Shown: positions 1 through 9,554, counted from the first letter of the stretch. The stretch: 64,000 bases of DNA from Thermoanaerobaculia bacterium (GCA_036385045.1 DASVLC010000369.1:1493-65492), one strand, 5' to 3'. Numbers and translations: made by a program. Notes: a model not told the origin generated them from the sequence alone.

Positions 1-1
1 A

Positions 2-1597
2 AGTATCACGATGGACTGGGGCTACTCACTCAGCCCGGGACTCGATCCTCCCCCGAACGGTCAGCTCGATCTGTACAGTGTTCTCCTCCACGAGGTCACA
101 CACAGCCTCGGCTTCCTGACGCGTATCAACGGCGACGGAGAGAGTGCGATCACGAACACCGATCCCGGCGTCTATACGACGATGGACTCATTTGCCCGCG
201 TCGGTAACGTGGCACCGGCCAGCCCGCTCGTCGCCGCCGGAGGGGACTTCGTCGGCACTCTGGCCAATCTGTCGAACTTCAACCCTGGCGTCTTCTTCTG
301 GGGCCCCGCCGCGATCGCGTCGACAGGCGGGAGCCCGATCCGCTTGTTCCAGTCGAACCCGCACGGACTGGGATCCGGTCTCTCACACACCGGAATCCTC
401 ATGGGCCCGTCGATCGCCAACAACGTGATGAAGCGGACCTACTCGGTGCGCGACCTCGGGATGCTTCGCGACTTCGGCTGGAAGATCAAGCCACAGCCCC
501 CCAAGCACCTCGGCCCTCAGAAGCTGACTCTCCTCCAGGATCCCGGTCCGCAGATCACGCGCGCATCCGCCGAGATCAATGATGACAAGGGGCTGAACTC
601 ACGCTTCGGAGGAATGCTCGGAGGACTCCTGCTCGATGTCTATCCCAACCTTCCGCGGCCCGTGTACGACGAGGAGCCTTCGACGGCTGCCGCTCCTGGA
701 CGCAGCGGAACCGGCGAGCTCACGCAGCTCAACTTCCCGGGAGCGCCCGGATCGATCGCCCTTCAGAACGGCGACGGCTCGCACTCCTCGACCGGCCTGA
801 CCTGGATCTCGCCGTGGGAAAACTTCCGTATGCCGGCGAGGCCGGATGAGAAGTTCATCGTCGCGTTCCGCGCGAATCCGAGCCCCCGCGTTGGCGGCGG
901 CGGACCCGGAACGTTCTTCGACGCCGTGCTCGGAGCACCGGAGCAGGCGATTCCAGGTGGAGCGGCGTCGGCTCGTGGCATCGGTCTGCGTCTGAACGCG
1001 AGCGGACCTGAAGAAGGGATGTGGCAACTGTTCGACGGAACCGGCTCGGCACCTCGTGTCGAGGCATCAGGACCGCTGCCGCGCCCGAGAACCGGCGCGC
1101 CTTCCGGCTGGTACGCCATCTCGCTCGAGCTTCTGCAGCCGCGCTTCGACGAGACGACGCCGACCGTCGCAAACCTGTTGATCGACGGCGTGCTGGTTCA
1201 CTCGTTCACCACGACCGGTGGAATCGGCGACAACTACGTCAGCTTCCACGCCGGTCCTGCGGCGTCTCGCGCGAAGAAGAACGCGCTCTATCTCCTCGAC
1301 GACATCGACATCTCGATCGCGCCGTGGGAAGAGGCGCCGCCGGTGGTGACCGTTGATGCTTCGGCAAGAGTGGGCGGTGCGGTCGGTGTTCCGTACTCGA
1401 ACGTATTCGAGGCGAACGGCGGAACAGCGCCCTACGAATGGTGGCTCGACGGCGACCTCCCCGAGGGCCTCGTATTCGCCGATGGAGTGATCTCGGGAAC
1501 GCCGACCGAAAGCGGATCGTTCAGCATCGTCGTCTCGGCCGTTGACTACGGGTTCTTCGTTGGGGAGAAGAAGCAGACGATCACGATTGCGCCGTAG
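2..1597 (+). CDS. secreted zinc metalloprotease (5' end cut by window edge) with C-terminal Ig-like/cadherin-like domain
   Basis: The frame is open to the window start. The HExxH motif 'HEVTHSLG' lies about 25 aa into the ORF, so the catalytic domain must begin upstream. The C-terminal 'GGTAPYEWWLDGDLPEGLVFADGVISGTPTESGSFSIVVSAVD' looks like a putative-Ig (CADG/He_PIG type) repeat. Confidence 0.7.
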   Translation, partial: SITMDWGYSLSPGLDPPPNGQLDLYSVLLHEVTHSLGFLTRINGDGESAITNTDPGVYTTMDSFARVGNVAPASPLVAAGGDFVGTLANLSNFNPGVFFWGPAAIASTGGSPIRLFQSNPHGLGSGLSHTGILMGPSIANNVMKRTYSVRDLGMLRDFGWKIKPQPPKHLGPQKLTLLQDPGPQITRASAEINDDKGLNSRFGGMLGGLLLDVYPNLPRPVYDEEPSTAAAPGRSGTGELTQLNFPGAPGSIALQNGDGSHSSTGLTWISPWENFRMPARPDEKFIVAFRANPSPRVGGGGPGTFFDAVLGAPEQAIPGGAASARGIGLRLNASGPEEGMWQLFDGTGSAPRVEASGPLPRPRTGAPSGWYAISLELLQPRFDETTPTVANLLIDGVLVHSFTTTGGIGDNYVSFHAGPAASRAKKNALYLLDDIDISIAPWEEAPPVVTVDASARVGGAVGVPYSNVFEANGGTAPYEWWLDGDLPEGLVFADGVISGTPTESGSFSIVVSAVDYGFFVGEKKQTITIAP

Positions 1598-1627
1598 GGG
1601 GGGCTGGGACTGTTTTGGGGTGTGACC

Positions 1628-1808
1628 AGCGCCGTAGGCGCGGTTGAATTTAGCCCAGGACGCCAGTCCTGGGTCAGCTTGCGAAAGGTTAGAAGTCCCG
1701 TAGGGACGATTGAGGCTGGGTGTTCAACCGTCCCTACGGGACTGGTGCTGAACCTGCGTATTCCCAGGACTTCGTCCTGGGCTAAGGTCAATCGCGCCTA
1801 CCGGCGCT
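1628..1808. repeat. about 180-bp imperfect palindrome built from GC hairpins with GTA/TAC triloops
   Basis: Hairpins are gcgcc-gta-ggcgc (1629-1641), cccaggac-gcca-gtcctggg (1654-1673), gtccc-gta-gggac (1695-1707), gtccc-tac-gggac (1730-1742), cccaggac-ttc-gtcctggg (1763-1781) and gcgcc-taccg-gcgc (1794-1807). The left arm is roughly the reverse complement of the right arm. Confidence 0.85.
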
Positions 1809-1850
1809 ACGTCTCGATCGGTGCCATCGAAGCGGGCGATGCGCTGGGGT

Positions 1851-1936
1851 GGGTCGTCGGCAAGGGATCCCTCTCCGTCCTCCGCCCCTCCCGCCAGCCC
1901 ACCCACCCCCGGGGCTGCGGCGGCTCGGGATGACAG
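1851..1936 (+). repeat. family-A intergenic repeat, copy 1
   Basis: GGGTCGTCGGCAAGGGATCCCTCTCCGTCC...CCCACCCACCCCCGGGGCTGCGGCGGCTCGGGATGACAG. Near-identical copies lie at 10522, 19728, 28124, 28238, 58535 and 63837. Confidence 0.9.
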
Positions 1937-1978
1937 CGAAGGGTTACAGCGGCTAAGTTTTCCGAGGAACCAAACAAC

Positions 1979-4900
1979 TCACCCCTGCGGCGGCGTTCCG
2001 TCGCTCTTCGGACGCGCGGCGCTTTCGGTGAGGGTGGCGAGGGCTGAGACGCTGATGCTTTCGAGCGTTGCGACGAGCTCCGTCAGGTCGTGGACTTTCT
2101 CCAGGCGTGAGATTGCCTGTTTGACTCGCGGGTCGCTGATCGAGCGGTAGCTGCGGAAGCGGTGCGCCATGAAACGGAGGAGCGGGATGAGGGTACCGGT
2201 GATGAGGTACTGCTCACGCGAGATGAGGTTTGGATCGGGTGTCGCGGTCGGCTCGGTCTGTACAGCGATCGGGAGCCGTGCGGTGTGCAGTTCGCGCAGC
2301 GCGAGAAGCGTTTCGTCGAGCTTCTGAAGGTAGGGAGCGAGATCGTTCGCGGGGCCGTCGGACGCTGCGATGGCTGGCGAGGGTGCCGGCAGGCCTCCGA
2401 GAGTTACTTCGCCGATCGCTTTCGCCACCTCGCCGATCTTGTCCGAAACGACGCTCAGTTCGGCCATGACACGCGAGGCAGGATCTCCCTCGCCGCCGCC
2501 GAGGCGCTGCTGGCGGACGAATCCCTGCTTGATGTCAGACCAGCGAGCGTGCTGCGCTTCGGTCATCCGGCCGCGGATCTCGGCAAGCTTGAGCAGGTTT
2601 TCTTCGGCGCCGGTCGTCAGCGTCTGCGCCTCGCCGAGATAGTGATCGTCGAGAAGACGCTGAAGCTCGTCGTCGTTCATTGCGGGAACGATCTTCTCGG
2701 CGAGCTTGCTCATGTTGCGGTAGGAGCCCTGAAGTTTGAACGGCGGCTCGGTGCGGTAGGCGTTCTGCTGGGCTGCCGACAGCACGTACTGACGATTGAC
2801 GCGTGACAGCAGCCGCTGCACGGTGACGAGCTTCCGCATGACGTCGAGGATCTCGTTCAACTCGACCGACGAGTAGTCGTGTGCGAGCTGGTCGGCCTGA
2901 ACGGCCTCGCCGCGCGCCATTCGCACGAGCTTGTGGACATCCTCCGGCTCGCGTGTGAGCAGCGGCGCCGTGACGGGATTGGACGTCAGGGCGTTCTCGA
3001 TGTAGCTGAGCTCGAAGAGATCCTCTTTGCCTTGAAGCACCTCTCCGAGGTTGTAGACGTCGGCTCGGTTGGCGAGCATGTCTGGGATCTCGAACGTCTC
3101 GCCCGACTCGGTGTAGGGATTCCCGGCCATGCAGACGGCGAATCGCTTGCCGCGGAGATCGTAGGTACGAGTCTCGCCCCGCCAGACGCCCTCGATTTTT
3201 CTCTGCGCATCGCAGAGAGAGATGAACTTCTGCAGAAACTCCGCGTGCGTGTGCTGGATGTCGTCGACGTAGAGAAGAACGTTCTCCGCGAGCTCCAGCG
3301 CGAGGTTCAGCTTCACGATCTCCTGCCGTGAGGTTGCGTTAGGCGCTTCCGCGGGGTCGAGCGACCGCACTGCATGTCCGAGCGCGGGGCCGTTGATCTT
3401 CACGAAGACGAGGCCGAGCCGGTCGGCGACGTACTCCATCAGCGTGGTTTTGCCGTAGCCGGGAGGAGAGACGAGCAGCAGGAGGCCCATCTGGTCCGTT
3501 CTGCGTTTGTCTCCCGCAACCCCGATCTGCTTCGCCAGGTTGGAGCCGATCAGCGGCAGGTAGACCTCGGAGATGAGCTTGTTGCGGACGAACGCCGACA
3601 TGACCTTCGCCTGCAGCTCCTCGATCCGGAGTCTTCTGCGCTCGCGCTCGAGAAACGCGTGGCGTGTCTGCTGCCAGGCGCGGAACCCGGTGACTCGTTC
3701 CGACTCGAAGCGCGACAGGCGCTGCAGGAACTCGTCGAGCTGAAGCTGCAGGGCGCCGTTGACGATTCGCGGATGCTGCCCGAGGAGCCCGGTCACGCTG
3801 GTCTCGACGAGGGCGGACGCCTGCTCGCGGCTGACGAGAGCGTTCGTCACGATCGCGGCGACCGCCTCGATCGTCTGCGGCTCGAGCTCCTGCCTCGACG
3901 CGACGAAGGACTCGACCCATGACTGTGCTGTCGCGTAACGCCGCGGCAGATCGAGCGAGGCGATGTCGTCGCCGAACGCTCTGTCGTGTCCGTGCGTTCG
4001 CAGGTAGGCGTTGAACGCCTCGAGAATCGACGAGGCCTGCGCGCTGATGACGAAGCGGACCGGCTCCTGTGCGATCTCTTCGAACAGGTACTCGCCTGCG
4101 CCGCTGATATCGCCGCACGCAACAGGCAGCCATGCGTCGATTGCCGACTGAAGCTCGGTGGCGAGAACCAGGCTTCCGCTGCCGGCCGGTGGTGTCGCCT
4201 CGCGCAGCCGTCGCAGGCTCTGCGCCTGGCGTGTCCAGGCCTGTTTGAGCGATTCGTCCTCGAAGAAGGCCCAGAACATCGTCGCCGCCGCACGAGCCGA
4301 GGGGGTGAAGCGAAGGACACCGGCGGTGGAGAGCATTGCACGAAGCTTCTCGGCGATGAGGGTGGCGTCGGAATCATGGACGCCGCGCTCGTACCCTTCG
4401 TCGTAGCGGGATGCGGCGAGCTCGGCCACGAGTTGCTGTGTCACGACCGGAAGGGTTCCCGCGGTGCCGCAGACGAACTGATAAGCGAGGTACTCGGCGC
4501 GATAGACGTCGCGTGTTTCGGAGACGAGCTCCTGATCCCAGAACGACCGTGCGCTCTCGAATGCCGGGTCGTCAATCGGCTCGAAGAAGCCGGTACCGGA
4601 GACATGAAGATGAGGACGGCCTTCGCGCGGAACGACGGTCAGCTCGATCGCCTGGTTGTTGACACTGAAGCGATGTTCGCCGAAGCGGATGATGTTCGAG
4701 CCTTCTTCGAAAATGTCGCGCCGGTCGCGGAGACCACGCGCAGCCTCTTCGCGCACGATCTTGAGACGTCCGTCGATCTCGTCGGCACGGACGATGTCGC
4801 CGAGCTCGCGCAGCTTGTTCGCTGTGGAGCGCAGCTTTGCCACCATTGCATCGGAGGCGAAGAACGCGTTGAGCGCATCCGTCTCGCCGAGCGACTCTGC

Positions 4901-7219
4901 GCGCCTTCTGATTCCCTGCAGAATGCGAGTCGCCGCCTCGGCGAGCTGTCCTGCGCGACGCTGCTGCTGTTCGAGCAGCGTCTGCTTCTTCGCCGTCAGC
5001 GCCTCGTAGATCTCTTCCCGCCTCGCGGTCAGCTGCTCGACGAACTCGTCGAGGTCGGAGAACCGGCTCTCGAGATCCTCGACGTGCAGCATCAGCTTCG
5101 ACAGTTCCGCGTCGCAGCGATCGGGGGTGTCGGCCACCGAGACGGCGTTGGCGACCGATTGGCCGAGGAGCGCGTACTGAACGCCGAACTCGGCGCGCTG
5201 CTCGTGACCGGCGAGCTGCTGGCGGCGCTGCATGACGAGCGCACGAACACGATTGAGGCCGGCCATGAGCGTCGAGATCTGTTCGAGGATCCGGATGCGG
5301 ATCGTCGGATCTTCGATCTCGAGAGAGCTGACGACTTCGGCCAGCAGGTTGAGCGATCCGACGACCGCTTCGACGTCAGCAACCAGTGCTGCGGCCTCAG
5401 TCGTCTTCTGAACCGACTCGACCCGCGATTCGATCGTTGCAGTTCTGTCGGCAAAGGAGGCGAGGGCGGCGTCGTCGAGGAGGTGTGCGACAGTGCGCCG
5501 GCTGACGTCGTCGAAGCGCGCCACGATCTCGGCCTCGAGCGCGGTCAGACGCTCGAGGTCGACGTAGCGCAGCTCGCGCAGCGAGATCACCTGTCCCTGC
5601 TTCGAGCGCAGCTCGCCGAGTGAAGCGACGAACTCGTCGACAGAGTGCCAGGCGGAAGGGTCCGTTCTGGCGAACAGCTCACGAACTGCGGTCTCCGTCT
5701 CCGCGACTGCCTGTTCGGCCCGCGCGCGCAGCGACTCCACCTTCTCGAACTCGTCGATGACGAGCTCCCCGGTGGCGCGCAGCTCGCGGATCGCAGGTAG
5801 AAGCCCGCCCGCTTCTTCGTGGCCGAGCCAGTAATAGGCGTCGATCGCGCGGCCTGTCGCGGCGACGACATCTTCATAAGTGGCGCGGGTGGGCGTCTGC
5901 TCGTCGACGAGCCGGCAGATCGTGAGGACATCCGAGATGCCGCGTACGAGGTCGCGATTGCCGATCTTCTCGAGATAGGTCCCGGAGCCGGTGCGGCGAG
6001 AGGCGTAGTCGTCACTGAGGAACGGCGTCTGCCAGATCTGCATCGCATGGACGCGCGTCGGCTCACTGCCGGTCGCCTGGAAGATGACCATCCTGCCATC
6101 GGGGAAGATGCTGTAGCCGTTGCAGGGAAGCGGATTGACGACGTCCTTGCGGATCAGGTTGTACGGAAGGAGCAGCGTGCGTCCCTCATCCCGCCGATGG
6201 AAGACGTAGAGGACATCCTCCCCGTTAGGCGAACGGACGATCCGCAGCATCTCCATCTGTTCGGGATCGTGATCGAACAGACGCGACTCACCGGTGCGGA
6301 GGTAGTAGCCGCCGGGAAAGACGATGCCGTGGTCTTCGGGAAGCTGGACGCAGGCAGCACCGATCGCATCGATCCGAACGACGCTCTTCGTGCGGCGATT
6401 GAAGACGAAATGGCGTGGCTGTTTCTCACGGTAAGGAAGGATCCGCAGGAGGATCAGACTCCCGACCAGAGCGTAATGAACCTGCCCGTCGTCGAGCGAC
6501 TGATCGGGGTCGTCGACCGCCTCGCGAAGGATCCCGAGGCCGGTCTCGGTGTTGTTCTCGATCTTGATCGTCAGGTCGCCCTGGACGGTTTCGACGAAAA
6601 CCTCGTCTGCGATCGAGACGTGCGGATGCTTTCCGTAAACGTGGTCCGCGCGGGTGGTCTGAACCCATTCGAAGTCGTAACGGGCCGGGAAGACGTGATC
6701 GCGCTCGCCGCGGTTGTCGATGTACTTCACCCGGCCGTCGTTGCCGACGGCCCAACGGAAGACGCGAATGTCAGTTGCCGCCTCACCGGTCTGAAAGACG
6801 GCGAGCAACTTTGCATCCATCCGCCGGAGCTGCACGAGTCGGGAGTTCTTGTAGTAGTGATAGAGCTCGTGAAAGTCGCGTGCGAACGCAGCGTCCTGCA
6901 GGAAGTTCTCGGGCGCATCGTCCGGAACGGGAGAGAAGTCGTGAAGGCGATGAAGTGAGAGAACGTCATTGACGCTCGTCTCGGTCTTCAGTCCGATGAA
7001 GACGTTGTAGCCGAAGAGCAGAAGGTCGCCGACCTCGACGATGTCGCGCGGAACGCAGTTGTTCTCTGTCCGGATCCGTTCGCTCCCGAGCAGCGCCATC
7101 TCGGTCCCGCCGAAGATCTCGAGACGGCGCCCGTTGAGCGTCTCCGCAAGCGCGGCAAGCCCCTTCCCCTGCTCCGCGAGCCGGGCCTTGAGAAGTTCGT
7201 AGGTGCCTTGTTCGATCAT
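1979..7219 (-). CDS. giant (1,746 aa) AAA+-type P-loop ATPase of unknown function
   Basis: ORF 1979..7444 is trimmed to the ATG at 7217-7219 ('MIEQGTYELLKARL'), because the upstream 75 codons run into a palindromic repeat. Walker A 'LLLLVSPPGYGKTTL' is at nt ~3446-3469 and Walker B 'LLYVDDIQH' at nt ~3256-3279. There is a long helical, coiled-coil-like middle region. From memory, homologues carry the untested label 'DNA repair ATPase'. Confidence 0.8.
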   Translation of the reverse strand: MIEQGTYELLKARLAEQGKGLAALAETLNGRRLEIFGGTEMALLGSERIRTENNCVPRDIVEVGDLLLFGYNVFIGLKTETSVNDVLSLHRLHDFSPVPDDAPENFLQDAAFARDFHELYHYYKNSRLVQLRRMDAKLLAVFQTGEAATDIRVFRWAVGNDGRVKYIDNRGERDHVFPARYDFEWVQTTRADHVYGKHPHVSIADEVFVETVQGDLTIKIENNTETGLGILREAVDDPDQSLDDGQVHYALVGSLILLRILPYREKQPRHFVFNRRTKSVVRIDAIGAACVQLPEDHGIVFPGGYYLRTGESRLFDHDPEQMEMLRIVRSPNGEDVLYVFHRRDEGRTLLLPYNLIRKDVVNPLPCNGYSIFPDGRMVIFQATGSEPTRVHAMQIWQTPFLSDDYASRRTGSGTYLEKIGNRDLVRGISDVLTICRLVDEQTPTRATYEDVVAATGRAIDAYYWLGHEEAGGLLPAIRELRATGELVIDEFEKVESLRARAEQAVAETETAVRELFARTDPSAWHSVDEFVASLGELRSKQGQVISLRELRYVDLERLTALEAEIVARFDDVSRRTVAHLLDDAALASFADRTATIESRVESVQKTTEAAALVADVEAVVGSLNLLAEVVSSLEIEDPTIRIRILEQISTLMAGLNRVRALVMQRRQQLAGHEQRAEFGVQYALLGQSVANAVSVADTPDRCDAELSKLMLHVEDLESRFSDLDEFVEQLTARREEIYEALTAKKQTLLEQQQRRAGQLAEAATRILQGIRRRAESLGETDALNAFFASDAMVAKLRSTANKLRELGDIVRADEIDGRLKIVREEAARGLRDRRDIFEEGSNIIRFGEHRFSVNNQAIELTVVPREGRPHLHVSGTGFFEPIDDPAFESARSFWDQELVSETRDVYRAEYLAYQFVCGTAGTLPVVTQQLVAELAASRYDEGYERGVHDSDATLIAEKLRAMLSTAGVLRFTPSARAAATMFWAFFEDESLKQAWTRQAQSLRRLREATPPAGSGSLVLATELQSAIDAWLPVACGDISGAGEYLFEEIAQEPVRFVISAQASSILEAFNAYLRTHGHDRAFGDDIASLDLPRRYATAQSWVESFVASRQELEPQTIEAVAAIVTNALVSREQASALVETSVTGLLGQHPRIVNGALQLQLDEFLQRLSRFESERVTGFRAWQQTRHAFLERERRRLRIEELQAKVMSAFVRNKLISEVYLPLIGSNLAKQIGVAGDKRRTDQMGLLLLVSPPGYGKTTLMEYVADRLGLVFVKINGPALGHAVRSLDPAEAPNATSRQEIVKLNLALELAENVLLYVDDIQHTHAEFLQKFISLCDAQRKIEGVWRGETRTYDLRGKRFAVCMAGNPYTESGETFEIPDMLANRADVYNLGEVLQGKEDLFELSYIENALTSNPVTAPLLTREPEDVHKLVRMARGEAVQADQLAHDYSSVELNEILDVMRKLVTVQRLLSRVNRQYVLSAAQQNAYRTEPPFKLQGSYRNMSKLAEKIVPAMNDDELQRLLDDHYLGEAQTLTTGAEENLLKLAEIRGRMTEAQHARWSDIKQGFVRQQRLGGGEGDPASRVMAELSVVSDKIGEVAKAIGEVTLGGLPAPSPAIAASDGPANDLAPYLQKLDETLLALRELHTARLPIAVQTEPTATPDPNLISREQYLITGTLIPLLRFMAHRFRSYRSISDPRVKQAISRLEKVHDLTELVATLESISVSALATLTESAARPKSDGTPPQG

Positions 7220-7331
7220 GGGAAGGGGGGGTGTCAGTGGGATCTGAGTGGGTTGTGACTCGCGATGCTTGCAGGCGACGACGCGAAGTTGACGTGCGCG
7301 AAGGGAACACAGTGCTGATGCGGTTGTGAGC

Positions 7332-7598
7332 GCCGCGTAGCGGCTGCCGGATGGTAGCCAGGGGTGCGAAGCGGAGCGGAGCACCCCTGGTTGATGGAGC
7401 CTGACCAGTGTGCCGCGTAGCGGCACCGGACAATACACGCGCATTCCCGAGGGCGCGTTAGTGTTCCGGTGCCGCTACGCGGCACGAAATTATTGCTGCG
7501 TCGACCGGGGGTCTGAGCGCGTTCGCGCTCAGACCCCCGGCTACCATCCGAAGCCGCTACGCGGCTCAAAGGGCAAACTCCAGAAGCCGCTACACGGC
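7332..7598. repeat. family-D nested-palindrome (MITE/BIME-like) element, copy 1
   Basis: The termini are gccgcGTAgcggc-N4-ggatggtagcc (7332-7359) and ggctaccatcc-N3-gccgcTACgcggc (7539-7565). Internal hairpins are aggggtgc..gcacccct, gtgccgcGTAgcggcac, gtgccgcTACgcggcac and gggggtctgagcgc-gttc-gcgctcagaccccc. An extra degenerate gccgctacacggc lies at 7586-7598. Confidence 0.85.
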
Positions 7599-7651
7599 TC
7601 CGCCGTTCACGCCCACACGACTCTGAAACCAGTGCCATCGACTCCACCAAC

Positions 7652-9532
7652 CTACTCGGCCCGCACCACGGGCATCTTCACTTCACTCGGGGGAACGACT
7701 TCCACTTTCTTCGTGATGCCGAGCTTGTCGAGCACCGCCTGGGCGGTCTCGCTTTCCTTGAGGAATGCCTCGACACCCTTGCCGGTGCTGATGGAATTGA
7801 CGATGCGGTCGAGGAACTGGCCGTCGCCGCCGACGATGTCGATGTTCGCGTTCTCGAGGGCGACGCCGAGGATCCGGGCTTTCGCTTCTTCGACGGCCTG
7901 GCGGACGCGGATCGTCTCCATGCCGAGGAGCCGTTCGTTGTCGATGCGCAGACGGTACTCTTCATGCTCGCGGCTGGCGGGATCGAGCTGCTTGAGCGAC
8001 GCGGCTTTCTCCTGAATGCCCTGCGCTTCGGCGAATGCCTTCTCGCGAAGCACGGAGGCCTCGGCAGCGCCGAGCTTCGCGACCGCCTGTGCGTCCGCTT
8101 CTTTGACGCGGACATGTGCGAGGCCATGCTTCTCGCTGGCGATGGCATCGGCTTCCTTCACCTTCGCCTCGGCGAGTCCGGATGCAGCTGCCTCGGCCTG
8201 CGTTCCTTCGGCGAGGCGGATCTTGGCGCGTGCTTCACGGTCCGCCGCTTCGAGCTCTGCCTCGGCGAGCGTGACGCGTTCCTTTGCGTGGTGGGTGGCT
8301 GCCTGTTCCGCCGCCTCTGCCGCCTTGATGTCCTTGACCAGCGCTTCCTGCGCCTCGGCCTCGGCTGCGATGACGACCGCGTCACGGTTGCGCTTGGCTT
8401 CTTCGAGCACCTGGACCGACTTGATCCGCTCCTGCTCCTCGACCACGGTGCGTTCGACGGCGACACGCTCGCGGATCACGTCCTGGATCAGCTTGCGCTC
8501 GACCTCGAGCGCTTTCTCCTTCTCGATCTGTGCGAGCTCGACGGCTCTTTCGCGTGCGACCGCCTCGATCATCCGATCCTTCTCGACGCGCTCGGTCTCC
8601 ACGCCGATTACGCGCTCGCGATTCTTCTCCGCGACCTCGATCTGGCGCTTCTTGTTCTCTTCCGCGATCGCAACGGCTTCGTCGGTAGTGATACGGGCCT
8701 GCTCGGATCGGAGCCGTTCCTCCGCCTGAATCTTCTGCAGTTCGGCGAGCTCTCGCGCCTTGACCGACTCGATCTCGCGCTGCTGTTTTGCTTTCGCGTC
8801 GGCTTCCTGCCGTTCGAGCTCGAAGATCGCCTCGGCCGCCTCGACATCCTGCTTCTTGATCGCCTTCCGCTCGTGATTCGTGAACTGATTCGTCCGGACG
8901 TTCTCGGCGGCGGTCAGCTCGGTGATCTTCCGGATGCCCTGCGCGTCGAGGATGTTCAGCGGATCGAGCGCGGCAAGTGGCGTCTGCTCGAGGAAGTCGA
9001 TCGCCGCGTCCTCCAGGACATAGCCGTTCAGGTCGCGACCGATCAGGTTCACGATCGCATCGCGGAACTCATCACGCTTGGTATAGAGATCGACGAAATC
9101 GAGCTGTTTGCCGACCGTCTTGAGCGCCTCGGAGAACTTCGCGCTGAAGAGCTCTTCGAGCGTGCGGGTATCGGAGGCACGAGCGCAGCCGATTGACTGG
9201 GCGACCTTGATTACGTCCTCGACCGTCTTGTTGACCCGGACGAAGAAGGTGACCTTGATGTCCGCCCGGATGTTGTCGCGGCAGATGAGCCCTTCCTTCC
9301 CGCGGCGGTCGATCTCGATCGTCTTGACGGAGATGTCCATCACCTCCGCCTTGTGAATGATCGGAAGGACCGTCGCACCGGTGAAAGTGACTTCGGGCTC
9401 TGCTTTCATCTTGTTCACGATGAGAGCCTTGCCCTGCTCCACCTTGCGATAGAACTTCGCGACCATGATTGCAGCGACGAAGAGGGTGAAGATCAGCAGT
9501 CCTGCGCCGATGAGGACAACGATCAATTCCAT
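7652..9532 (-). CDS. flotillin / SPFH (Band 7) family protein, YqiK-like
   Basis: It has an N-terminal TM helix 'MELIVVLIGAGLLIFTLFVAAIMVAKFY'. The SPFH core reads 'GKALIVNK...VLPIIHKAEVMDISVKTIEIDRRGKEGLICRDNIRADIKVTFFVRV'. A long Ala/Glu-rich flotillin-type coiled coil follows. Confidence 0.9.
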   Translation of the reverse strand: MELIVVLIGAGLLIFTLFVAAIMVAKFYRKVEQGKALIVNKMKAEPEVTFTGATVLPIIHKAEVMDISVKTIEIDRRGKEGLICRDNIRADIKVTFFVRVNKTVEDVIKVAQSIGCARASDTRTLEELFSAKFSEALKTVGKQLDFVDLYTKRDEFRDAIVNLIGRDLNGYVLEDAAIDFLEQTPLAALDPLNILDAQGIRKITELTAAENVRTNQFTNHERKAIKKQDVEAAEAIFELERQEADAKAKQQREIESVKARELAELQKIQAEERLRSEQARITTDEAVAIAEENKKRQIEVAEKNRERVIGVETERVEKDRMIEAVARERAVELAQIEKEKALEVERKLIQDVIRERVAVERTVVEEQERIKSVQVLEEAKRNRDAVVIAAEAEAQEALVKDIKAAEAAEQAATHHAKERVTLAEAELEAADREARAKIRLAEGTQAEAAASGLAEAKVKEADAIASEKHGLAHVRVKEADAQAVAKLGAAEASVLREKAFAEAQGIQEKAASLKQLDPASREHEEYRLRIDNERLLGMETIRVRQAVEEAKARILGVALENANIDIVGGDGQFLDRIVNSISTGKGVEAFLKESETAQAVLDKLGITKKVEVVPPSEVKMPVVRAE

Positions 9533-9554
9533 GGGATCTCCTTTGCGCAGCGAC

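Noticed and set aside
3339-6958. Long ORFs antisense to or out of frame with the giant ATPase gene (for example 3986..5623 +, 5819..6958 +, 3339..4133 -, 3847..4377 -)
   Set aside because: They are Arg/Ala/Ser/Pro-rich and low in complexity, as expected for non-coding frames of a high-GC gene. They lie fully inside a 5.2-kb ORF with clear motifs and carry no motifs of their own.
7220-7444. The N-terminal 75-codon extension of the giant ORF (start at 7444)
   Set aside because: The extension reads through the palindromic family-D repeat and gives repeat-derived peptide ('PLRGTLVRLH...'). The ATG at 7219 gives a sensible N-terminus.
7964-9196. The 410-aa and 237-aa plus-strand ORFs opposite the flotillin gene
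   Set aside because: They mirror the Ala/Glu-rich coiled-coil coding region, which appears as Leu/Arg/Ser-rich in antisense. The flotillin frame has the clear SPFH motifs.
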